A DNA stretch of 64,000 bases, taken from the NCBI RefSeq assembly GCF_009914755.1, contig NC_060934.1; one strand, given 5' to 3'. This stretch comes from the human T2T-CHM13v2.0 reference genome, Homo sapiens. Below the pieces are notes generated by a model. It saw only the letters and a program-made list of their open reading frames with translations. It did no database searches and was not told the DNA's origin. The position numbers were made by a program, and so were the translations under genes. Shown here piece after piece: positions 41,667 to 53,891 of the stretch; position 1 is the stretch's first letter, and each line of letters starts with the position of its first letter.

Positions 41667-42989
41667 GGACCTTAATCCAGTGTGATCGGTATCCTTATAA
41701 AAGGGGGATAGTTGGATGCAGAGACGGACACACAGAAAATAAAGATGATGTGGAGACACAGACAAAACTCACATAAAGGAGGAGGGTTGGAGGGATGCAT
41801 CCACCCTGAGGGAGGCCTGACGCCACCAGAGCTGGGAGGGAGGCAGGAGAGAGATACCTCCCTGGCGCTTTCGGAGGGAGTGAGGCCCCACTGACATCTT
41901 GATTTGGGACTTTCGGCCTCCAGAACTGTGGGACATTAAATTTCTGTTGGTTATGCACTACAGCATGTCGTGCTTTGCTACTCTAGTCCTAGGACACAAA
42001 CATACTTCCTCTTCCCTGATATCACGTGCACACCTGACACCATGTGCACACTGGGCCCTCCCGGCTCTGCAGAAAGCAGGGCCATAGGCCAGGAGCTCCT
42101 GTGTCCTGCCCCCCACCACACCTGTGCAGGGACTGTGGCCTTCTGGGGAGTGTCACCAACTACTGGTTCTACAATGTGCAGACACAAGAGAGGGAACTTC
42201 CTGGAGGCATCACCTCGACTTCTGTGTTCCAGCCACGGCCAGTAGGAAACAGCACTTTCAGATGCCCATTCTTGAATTCAGCTGGGGCAGCCGCCAGTAA
42301 TCAGGCAATGAGGCCCAGTCTTTTCCGATTTGGAGCCCGCTGATATCCTGTGACCTAAGGGAAATGAGTTGATCATTTCAGTCAAAGGATAACCACATTG
42401 GGTCACCCCATCCCAGGGCTGCAGGAGGCCAGCCAGGCCCCTGTGTTTGTCTGAGCCCATCACAGAGTGTCAGTTCCAATGAGTGGCCATGCCACTGTTT
42501 AGATGACATTACCTGGGAGTACAAACCAAGGAGAGTAAACCTCCAAGCCTGTGTTCCTGGGGTGGGCAGAGCCCGCCTGATCCTGCTGTTTCCCACTAAA
42601 CGGGCCTTGGGGGATCCTCTGGTTGATGGGGCACCTGACAAGCAGGTGGTGCAGAGCTGTGTTTTGTGTTTGCTGGAGAGGAAGAGTTTCCCATCCGCAA
42701 CCCGTGGAGCAGGAACATGCCACATTTCTGAGGCCACGTCATTCTGCTTTCTCTCTCTGCCTCAGTCTCAGCTCTACACTTTGGCTTAAAGCAACATATG
42801 CACAGTGTAGAGGATTCATGGGGGAAAACAGAAATGAAGAAGACCTCCAGGAAATGCCCCCTGCAGCCACTCACAGATTCTCCTCCTTGAACTGCAGAAA
42901 ACCTTGTGCCATCTGCAGAAGAATGTTGGAGGAGGAGTCACAAGGACACACCAACATGGCACCTGGTGGCACCTGTGGCAGACATACTA

Positions 42990-43296
42990 TTTTTTTTTTT
43001 TTTTTGAGATAAAATCTTGCTCTGTTGCCAGGCTGGAGTGCAATGGTGCAGTCTTGGCTCCCTGTAACCTCCACCTCCTGGGTTCAAGAAATTCTCCCTG
43101 CCTCACCCTCCCAAGTAGCTGAGATTTACAGGCACCCACCACAACACCCAGCCAACTTTTTTTTTTTTGTATTTTTAGTAGAGACAGGGTTTCTCCATGT
43201 TGGTCAGGCTGGTCTGGAACTGCTTACCTCAGTTGATCCACCCGCCTCAGCCTCCCAAAGGGCTGGGATTATAGGCGTGAGCCCACGTGTCCAGCC
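42990..43296 (-). mobile_element. AluS
   Basis: Poly-T plus an antisense dimer. Confidence 0.93.
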
Positions 43297-44429
43297 GATA
43301 CATTCTTAATCCACTTGATACCATCTGAAAACTTGAAAGACACAATGATTACTGACTTGATCAGGTTCTACAAATTACATCAATACAGTTTTGACTTTTC
43401 TTAACTATCTGGATAATTTGACTAAACGTGGACGCAACGTGGTCCAGTCCACATGGATGTGTCTCATGTTTACACTGAAGCCCTGCTCCTCCTACAAAAA
43501 GAGGTCATTTGGAAAATAGGAAAAGCACGCTAGTTAATATTATAAACACTCTTAGCCCTCACTGACCTCCGAGTCAGCTTCCTGGCCTAAATTCTTCTAA
43601 CACTGTGGAAGAGCACAGTTCCCCCGACTTAGTCCTCCTGCCATGTTGCTCCACACCAGAAGGAGTCAGATAATGAGATCCCGAGTTCCTTGGAGAAATC
43701 ACAACCTCTGGCATCCACTGGGGAAATGTCACTCTAATAAAAGGGAATGAGGACAATCCCCATGTCCTCTCACAGAGAGCAGCCACCGGTGGCTTTCATC
43801 AATCCACCAAGGTTCCTCTACTCTCAGAAGAGTGTATGTTGATCAGCTCCATGGCCCAGGATCTCATCAGGCCTCAGGACACTCACACACTTCCACTCAG
43901 GAGCCAGAGAGGCAGGTGGCAGTTACCTGGTGAACAGTCAAACCAGACTCACAGAAGCTGTAAAAGCCAATCTCTGGCCAAGCCCTGGAGATGGCTCTAA
44001 AACTCATGCAAAAGTTTTGCCCAGGGAAAATCTGTGTTTCATCCCCATGGCATGCTCCACTCTACACCCTGATTACTGCCCCCAAACCACCCATCCCCAT
44101 TCCTAGACCCTGGCAACACAAGGACGGGCTTGCACACAGCTAACAACACAACTAACCAAGACTCTACAAATCCTCCTCACCACTGGGACTTAGGTTCAAG
44201 ATGGCAGGCTGGGACCTGGCTTCAGGAGGTGAAGCAAAAGCAAGTGTAGCCTTGGGTGCTCTTCTCAAAACAGTAGCTGGAGTGTCAGAGACCACAGCCC
44301 CCTGACAGTAGAGCTTGGAGTTTCTCTGTCTGCTCATGCCATATCCCGCCACTCAGCACGTTTGCTGAAAAATTAAATGAACAAGAGCCTGCCAGGTTGT
44401 CTCCTGGGACTAAAAGAAATGGGACAGAA

Positions 44430-45180
44430 GCACCGACGTATCTGTGCAAAAATGGAGCGTGTGCCCCTAGGGAGTCAGTGCAGGCCAGCTGTTGGGCCGT
44501 CTACCCTCGCGGATGCTGTGGGTCACAAGAAGTCGGACTCCTGGACCACTGAGCCCCGGGCTGCTGCAGGAGGTCTGAGGTCTGGGGAATGGGAAGCTGA
44601 GATCAGCGTGCGTGTAAAAGTGTGTCAGGCTTGGAGACAGACAGGAATGTTCCCCACAGAGGCAAATGTTCTGCAAATGTGCCAACACTGGAGGTGTTTC
44701 CCGCGCGGAGCGACCAAAGAGAGGAATCATTTCGGCAGAAGAGGCAGCCCTGGAAGTATCCATGGTGGGGAAGGGGGGAAGGCCAGGGTCCGGCGGGGAG
44801 GGGTTGAGGACAAACAGCTCGCTGCTGAAGGGCAGGAAAGCCACGAAAGTCTTGTCATCAGGGGAGCGTGAGCTACAGTCGCTGCGTGAGGGGGATGGAG
44901 ACTCTGGCTGCTGTGGAGAAAAATCGATGAGAAAACCTTGGAATAAAGATTTGCAGAAAACCTGGCAGGAAAAGCTGAGAGAAGGAAACAAAAAGTCCCT
45001 TTTCCATCCTCCCAGCAAGGGCAGCATGGCGTCGGGAAGAGCCAGGGACCCGGCTGTGCGCTTGGATCCATCACTGCTCTGGGCTGTGCTCCTGGGCCCT
45101 CCCAAGGCTCTTATGACGGTGAGCAGGTTTTGAACATCCTGTCATGAAATTCATCTAATGGGGAACCGGAACGATCACAT
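44430..45180. promoter_or_regulatory. Weak (sub-threshold) orphan CpG-rich element
   Basis: About 28-30 CpGs in ~700 bp by hand count, far above the flanks. Not an obvious repeat. Confidence 0.4.
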
Positions 45181-48100
45181 CATTTTTAGTGAGGCTCTAT
45201 TCTCTGGTCCTAAAATCTCACCCCAGAGTTAGCCAACCTTACATGTCTGGATAAGACACCCATATTCTTACAGTATCTCTTTTTGACATTTAGAAACACT
45301 CAAGGAATGGAAATTTAGTGCCAGACTGTGTGGAACTCACCTTTAATTCTACAGTCAGGTAGTAAAATCTATGATCACCTGCAGATTCTCAACAAGGAGG
45401 CTCCAGTGGCCTTCACTGGCCCTCGGAGGGGTGGGGGAGGACATAAGATGGGGAGAAGAGACAACCAGGCACCTTCGTAGGGAGATGCTAGAACATCGTA
45501 GCACCCAGAGCTTCTTTGAGTGGAAACAGATACATTTCCAAGGCGTTAACAGCTCCTGTGAAAGCTAACCCAGTAGGATACAGACTCTTGGACTAAATAA
45601 TATTTTGAAATCTACAAAAGCACCTTTCTCTTCCCAAGCAGCTTTTCTGAAACGTATTCTGCAGCCTTTCTCTGTTGGCCTCTGGCACACAGATATGAGA
45701 AATCTGATTCCTGCACTTTTCCTTTCTGTTTGTGAAGGAAGAATAAACTGCATTTTGCCAGGTGAACAGGAGCATAAATTCAGCCGAGATGGTGTCTCAT
45801 TAATCAGTTCGCAGGGCTGGAGAAATGATACCAGACTGGAATCCCCATACTAACTGCATCAACTTAGAAATGAATCATTTACTTATAGGAAAGGAAAAAT
45901 ACAAAAATGGTGGAGGGGAGCCAGCTATTTTTCATCCAATTCCTCTTTGGTTTTTACGATTGAAAAATGGAATAATTTAACAGAACAGGTACATACACTA
46001 GGTACAGTGCACACACACTTCCCGTAATGCAAATTGGTGTCTGACAGTGGAGAAAGGAAGGAATGCCAGAAGGCACGTCTGCATTTGGAGAGTTGAGGAG
46101 CATAAATCTGAGAGGGAGATTAAACTCAAGCTTCATAAAGCTTGCTCAGCCCTCAGTATAAGGAGATGAAATCGAGCTCTGGCTTCTAACTGCATCAGAT
46201 CGGATAATGGACGGATACTATGTCATGAAGTCATCATGGAAAACCTCAACTGACCTTCTGATTCCAGTACTCATCTGAGCAATTCCAAAGCTAGGTTCGG
46301 AGAAACACAATAATCAAACAAGATCCCGATGCGTTTCCCAACAGTTCTTGGATATTTGCATAATGTAAATAGAAGGCTTTTCCTAAAATGAAAGGCCAAT
46401 ATGCCTGCCCAAGGACCTTCTTGCTCCGTTAAAAAGACAAATTTATCTGCGAAGTAATGGGAACGGCCAGACTCAAGTATAGAAATGGACGGTTTTACGT
46501 ATTTCCTTTTGCACAGAAATATGTTTTAAATGAAATACTACCTGACAGATAAATTACTTGGCTTTGTGCATACAACAGATTGATTTAGTGTTCCCAGCAG
46601 CCCAGATGGCTGGCGACAACTTTGTAGGTGCTTAAACATCTTAGTACATGAAGGCAATTTCTGCACTAATGCAAAACATTTGTAGAGTGACCCCAGTGTG
46701 TAATCTTTCTCTTTTAACCCGAGAAAAGATCAGCCTTAGAGTAGTAAGACACAAATGGGCTGAGGTAACCCGTACCTTCTTTAAAACAAAGGGAGAGTTA
46801 AAGGTACCATAATCGCGGTTTCACAGTGACCCGAAATTAAAATGCTTGCTCCAATGTTCAGAGCATTCGGAAAACCCTTCCTCGAGTGTAGGAACAGACA
46901 TGCTGGCAATTTGCTTTTATAATTGCGGTCTTCGTCATCTCTAATTTTAAATAGTAATGTGAAGAGGACAGCTGGAAATTTAGCTAGCTGTTCTCTCAAT
47001 TCCCAACAAGAACAAAGAAGTGCCAACCCTAAAGGAACCTCTCTAGGCATGGATATGGGAAAATTAACAATCTATGCTGAAAACATATGTTGTACAGAAG
47101 CAGCGTCTTAATAATAATAATGCCAGCTCGGTGTCCAGACCATGGGACCATCCTACAGGTGAACCCATTTTATAATGAGAAACTTGTGCTACTAAATTAC
47201 CTGGATGGAGGCCAAAACAGATTTGCTGAATGCCAAGTTTTGCCTGGAGGAAACGGTGCAGGAAACAAAACAAAGAACAGCATTCTACTATTGAACCGAA
47301 CCTTCAGAGAAGGACAGCAAAATGATCAAGGAGCCTGAATAGCTGCAACTGGGAGGCTTCATAGCTTGGGGATCCAGTGTGCAGGGCAAAGCCAGCCAGG
47401 CTGGAGCCCAACACAGCTGTGAAATCACAAAGTGCCTGGGTGGAAGACAAAGAAATCCTGGTCTAAGGTTTGGGACCAACGGTCACCCTCGAAGCTGAAA
47501 AATAGATGGATGAAATACAAAAACGATTGTGTGTGCCCAGCTTGCATACACACCTGTGTGTTTTGTCTGTCTCTTACCTTCAGTGGGGAAGAAATGACAT
47601 AAGCTAAAACTATAAATAAATCCTCAGATAACATGCCGTGATAAATTATTTTGATAAATTTGAATCAACATGGGGACACATCCTTATGTTTGAGGGTGGT
47701 TCCCTAGAACTAAGGATCTCGTGATTCTAGTAACAGCAACAAGGCATCAGATTCATGGACTCCTTGAAGGAGCTTGGAGAAGAAGAGCAAATGAGGGCAC
47801 TTTGAACAGTTTAAATGTTCTGTCCTCGACTTCCATGGGAAATATATTTGTGTCAATAAAATGTTCATCTTATCTTGTCACAGTATTTTTAATAGTGAAT
47901 CAAAGCCAGAGGGTCTTTGATGATCAACAGAGTAAATTTATTTAAATGGATTTAAAATATCTTAGTGGATGGGTGTTTCGCTGTTCCTAGTTGATTGAGG
48001 AGGGAAGCTGCAGCTAATATCTGTCTTTTGAGAAAGTTCAAGAGGACCTAGATAAGTTTATTTACCTGCTCAGTGGTTCACAAAAGTCCAACTTTATCAG

Positions 48101-49381
48101 GGAGTAAGTTTTCTTCAAGTAAGTGGACATTCACTTCACCTATACTTATTATTATGGCCCTGCTCAGGTGGTGATGCCTCCCTTCCTCCATCTCAAAATG
48201 TGCAGTCCATGCACACAAATGACCACAGAAAGGAGTAGGTAGTCGTATGTCCTTTACAGGACACAGTGTCATTAGGTCTTTAGAGAGTGCTTCTCCAAAG
48301 GCAATACAGCTTCTCACTAGTCCAGAGATTAACAGCCTAACGATGTTGGTTTACTATGGCTTTTCTGCAAACTACTTGTGAAGAATAATATGCCCCATTT
48401 CTAAATTAAAGTAAACGTGATTAGCCTATTATTGTCCACAGGAGACTGACATCTAATTCTGCCCTTCCAAAATCCCAGTTGTAATGCACAACATCTGCAG
48501 TGCACAATGAATGTTATGTATTAATATATTTCTAGTGTATATATAAAAACATATAAATACAGTGTACATGTAATATGCATAAATCTGTAACAAGACTGGA
48601 ATCAGGAGTGCCTATTCTCATACCCTGATGTGGAGAATGTCTGCAAAATGCACTGCCAGTGGTAACAGGCTGTGTTAATACAGCTGCTTCTTAGGATGGT
48701 AGACCCAAAAGCCTTCCGTTACAATGCAGGAGGGAGATCATTGCAGGGCTCCATTAGAAGTGCCTAATGTGCAAGGTGTCAGCAGGTCACAGCTGGAATT
48801 AGTGGCCCTTGAGATTACATGGGGGTCACCCACAGCAAAATCCAGCTTGGTAGATGGGCTTATCTCTGACTGTCAAACAGCAGCACAGGAAGAGGCTAGG
48901 CAAAGTCCTTGCCCTCACTGATGGCTAATCTGGAAGCTTGATCACATACAAACCCAGATTCCGCAAGCCACTTCCCCAGACACAAAGACACAGTGAGGGA
49001 AGATGCTCTCCTCCTGGAGCCATGAATCATTCCAGGTCCCTCCTGACTTCCAGCCCTCTGTGCCCCTTAATCTGTAGAATGAATGTTATCAACCAATCCT
49101 GGAGCTGAGATCCTAGAACATGATCTAAAAGCATGCCAAGAAGGATGAGGGAGAGAGTCAGGGGACTCTGTGATTCCTGGCTTGTGGAAATGTGAGGCCA
49201 ACAGAGGCTTCTTCTTGTCTGGAGAGGAGTAAAAACTGTGTGAGCCTAATGCAGAGGTCCCTCAGAATAAGATAACATTGTACTCAAGACGCTGGAGAGA
49301 AAAATACTTCTGAAAAATGTTTATTACAGAAAGTGCAACCCAGGAATAAAACAGAAAATTTAAGAGTAAAGCAAGAAAATA

Positions 49382-50670
49382 TGAGAAGTCTTCAAAAAAA
49401 CCATAGACAATCAATATTATGAACAACTATGCATGAATTTCACATTTTTTGTATCAAAATAAGCTTGCATTAACTTGTCATATAACATATCTGACCAGGA
49501 TCTAGTTTGAGGCACTAAGAACGATAAGACATTAGTTTTTAAAAAGAGTCCCTGTCAGAGCAACATGAATTCTGCTAAAATTGAAGCAAGAACAAACATC
49601 AAATGTATGCTGAAACTTGGGAGGAAGAATGGTGAAATCACTGATGCTTTACGAAAAGTTTATGGAGACAATTCTTCAAGGAAATCAGCAGTTTACAAAT
49701 GGATAACTTGCTTTAAGAAGGGATAAGACCATGTTGAAGATGAAGCCCACAGAAGCAGACCACAGACATCAATTTTCAAAGAAAAAAATAATCTTGTTCA
49801 TACCCTAGTTGAAAAGGACCAATGATTAACAGAGGAAACAATAGCCAACACCATAGACATCTCAGTTGGTTCAACTAACACAATTCTGTCTGAAAAATTA
49901 AAGTTAAGCAAACTTTTACCTAATGGGTACCAAAACATTTGCACCCAGATCAGCTGCAAACAAGAGCGGAGCTTTCAATGTGAATTATAAACAAATGAGA
50001 TGAAGATCCTGAAGCATTTCTTGGAAGAATTGTAACAGGAGATGAAACATGGCTTTGCCAGTACCATCCTGAAGACAAAGCACAGTCAGAGCAATGGCTA
50101 CCAAGAGATGGAAGAGGTCCGGCCAAAGCAGCAGTGGACCAGTTAAGAGTAAAGGTCATGGCAACAGGTTTGGGGATGCTCAAGGCATTTTTACTTGCTG
50201 ACTTTCTGAAGGGCCAAAGAATGGTAATAACTGTATATTATGAGAGTGTTTTTAGAAATTTGGCCAAAACATTTGCAGAAAAATGCCCAGGAAAGCTTCA
50301 CCAGAGAGTCCTTCTCCACCACGACAATGCTCCTGCTTATTCCTCTCATCAAACAGGGGTGATTTTTTCAGAGTTTTGATGGGAAATCCTTAGGCATTCA
50401 CCTTACAGTCCTGATTTTGGTTCCATCTGACTTCCTTTAATTTCCTAATCTTTGGAGCACCCATTTTTCTTCAGTTAATAAGGTAAAAAAGATTCCATTC
50501 ACATGGTTAAATTCCCAGGACCCTCAGTTTGCTAGGGATGAACTAAATGGCTGGTATCATCTTTACAAAAGTGTCTTGAACTTGATGGAGTTCATGTTGA
50601 GAAATAAAGTTTAAATTTTTATCTTTATCTTTTAATTCTATTTTTCCACAAACTTTTTGAAGTCCCTTCC
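49382..50670 (+). mobile_element. HSMAR2 mariner transposon, full length and inactivated
   Basis: TIRs TA|TGAGAAGTCTTCAAAAAA and AACTTTTTGAAGTCCCTTC, ~1.29 kb apart. Internal transposase remnants. Confidence 0.93.
49565..50608 (+). pseudogene. Disrupted HSMAR2 mariner transposase
   Basis: Starts MNSAKIEARTNIK. Catalytic motifs VTGDETW (~50032), HHDNAPA (~50317) and YSPD..PSDF (~50404). In-frame TAA at 49724 plus further stops and frameshifts. Confidence 0.9.
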
Positions 50671-50699
50671 TGAAATAACTAAATTATAATATGGAAGAA

Positions 50700-52000
50700 G
50701 TAAGAAAATGTATTGTGACAAACAACCATAAATCGTGTCAAAATGGTGTGTTGGAAAATGTGAAATAAATGTTATTACATGCAGCTGATACATGTGCCCA
50801 CCTGGAAAATTCCTTGATAAGAAAATGCATAAGAGTTCTATAAAGTAATTGGTAACTAAATAGATGTATAAAAATATTGAGTTATCTCTATCCAATTGAA
50901 AATACAATAAAAAAGAAAAAGCCCATTATGTCTGTTGTAGTATCTGTACCAACAGCAAATAATAATAAACTCTCTTCAGAGGAGATCACATAATAAAGTT
51001 CATAAATGTGTGTGTGTGTGACGTGTGTGGTCTGTGCATGCATGAACATAAGATATGATGAAGGTGGCATTTTAAAATCATAACCAAAAGACTGATAATT
51101 TTTAAATGTTTTGTACAATTTCTTAATTATTAAAGGAGAAAAAAAGCAGTGTCTTACCTCCTGACATACACCATAATATCTGCTAGATGAAAAGATGAAA
51201 TATGAATCATAAATCATGAAAGAACTGGAAGACAACATGGATTAATGTGTATCTGATCTTAGAAGAGGGAAGTCTTTCTCAGCATGACACAAAGAAACTA
51301 TAAAGAAAGAGACAGATCTAATTATGTAACTACATTAATGAAGCATTAAAAGGAAACATCATAAACAAATTCAAAAAGCCCATGATATTCTGAGAAAGTT
51401 ATTTGGATCACATTTCAAAGAGTTAATCTATTTATGGTATAAAGATGCCTTGCAAACCAGTAAGAAAAAGACAAATAACTCGATGAAAAAGGAAACAATT
51501 CACAAGATAAGAGGTACAGGTGTTTAATAAAACATGACAAATGTTTAGTTTCACTGTTAGCGAAGAAAATGGAGATTAAAATAAGATCTATCATGTTTTG
51601 CTAAAACAATGGTTATTATTTTTGAAAACTTGTAATGAACATACTTAGTTTCTTTGAAGATTCTGTGAAAGGAGGCTTCCTTGCACACTCTTGCCAAAGT
51701 CTTGTTGATAGAATAATTTTGAGGGCAATTTGATAATAATATATGAAAGAAATGTACACGCCATCTAATAAAGTAGCGACTCTCAGGCTTTCAGCTAATA
51801 TTGCGCTCAGGACTTCTGTGTAGGATATTCAATGAAGTTTTATCTATACCAGTCATAAACGGGAAACAGCCTGAATGACCCATAAGAGTGAGCTAGTTAA
51901 ATTGGTAATGGTACATTCAAAGGGTAGAATGCTATTTAGCTGAAAATTATCTTCCCAGACCACCTGTAGTGAATAAGGAAAATAAGCCTATTAGAAGGGG
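50700..52000 (+). mobile_element. Ancient L1M ORF2/3' fragments
   Basis: Degenerate A-rich L1 ORF2 3' region (CTTACCTCCTGACATACAC, AAGAAAAAGACAAATAACTCGATGAAAAA). Confidence 0.6.
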
Positions 52001-52006
52001 TATACA

Positions 52007-52326
<320 letters not shown>

Positions 52327-52410
52327 AGAAGAGGTATACAAAATCTTATGCCCAATTTGATCAATATTGTATTCCCCCCTTATCCTCAGGGAATATGTTC
52401 TAAGGCCTCC

Positions 52411-52506
52411 AGTGGATGTCTGAAATCCCAGAGAGTACTTAACTCTGGATGTACTGTGAGTGGATGTCTGAAATCCCAGAGAGTACTTAACTCTGGATGT
52501 ACTGTG
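52411..52506. repeat. Perfect 48-bp tandem duplication
   Basis: AGTGGATGTCTGAAATCCCAGAGAGTACTTAACTCTGGATGTACTGTG twice (52411-52458 and 52459-52506). Confidence 0.97.
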
Positions 52507-52532
52507 CTTTTTTTTTTTTTTTGTCACCTGCA

Positions 52533-53074
52533 CAGTCATCCCTTGATATCCACAGGGGATTAGTTCCAGGACCCCCTGCACATATCAAAATTTGTGGATG
52601 CTCAAGTCTCATATAAAATGGTGTCGTATTTGCATATAACCTCCCTTATACTTTAAATCAGGGGTGTCCAATATTTTGGCTTCCCTAGGCCACACTGGAA
52701 GAAGAAGGATTGTCTTGGGCCACACAAAAAATACACTAACACTAATCATAGTTGATGAGCTTAAAAAAGTTGCAAAAAATCTCATAATGTTTTTAAAAAG
52801 TTTATTAATTTGTGTTGGGCTGCATTCAAAGCTATCCTGGGCCACATGTAGCCCGTGGGCGGGTTGGACAAACTTGCCTTAATTCATCTCTAGATTACTT
52901 ATAATACCTAATACAATGAAACTGCTATATACAAGGCTGTTATACTGCATTTAAGCCTCTGTTATTTTTTATTGTTTTATTGTTATTTTTATTGTTTTTC
53001 CTTTTCAGAATATTTTCAACTCATGGTTGATTGAATCTGCAGATGCGGAACCTGTGGATATGGACAGCTGACTG
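52533..53074. mobile_element. MER2 (Tigger MITE) split by MER30
   Basis: CAGTCATCCCTTGATATCCAC..GGATGCTCAAGTC ... GGATATGGACAGCTGACTG|TA. Confidence 0.8.
52659..52876. mobile_element. MER30 (hAT-Charlie MITE)
   Basis: CAGGGGTGTCCAA ... GGTTGGACAAACTTG termini. Degenerate 8-bp TSD CTTTAAAT/CCTTAATT. Confidence 0.85.
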
Positions 53075-53258
53075 TAACACACACCTATGATAAAGTTTAA
53101 TTATAAATTAGACACAGTAAGAAATTAACAACAATAACTCATAATAAAATTGAATAATTCTAACACACTGTAATCAAAGTTATGTGAATGTAGTCTCTCT
53201 TTCTCTCTCTCTCAAAGTATCTTAATATTTTCCAACCACAGTTGATCTTGGGCAACTA

Positions 53259-53891
<633 letters not shown>

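Noticed and set aside
44377-45133. Overlapping 155-212-aa ORFs on both strands
   Set aside because: GC-rich sequence with few stops. No recognisable domain, and several starts are non-ATG. Better explained as a CpG-rich regulatory patch.
50134-50379. 81-aa ORF containing HHDNAPA as a possible domesticated transposase
   Set aside because: An internal fragment of the decayed HSMAR2, lacking the first and third catalytic residues and the DNA-binding domain.
52411-52506. Repeat unit as a CRISPR-like array
   Set aside because: Two adjacent copies with no spacers, in eukaryotic transposon DNA.
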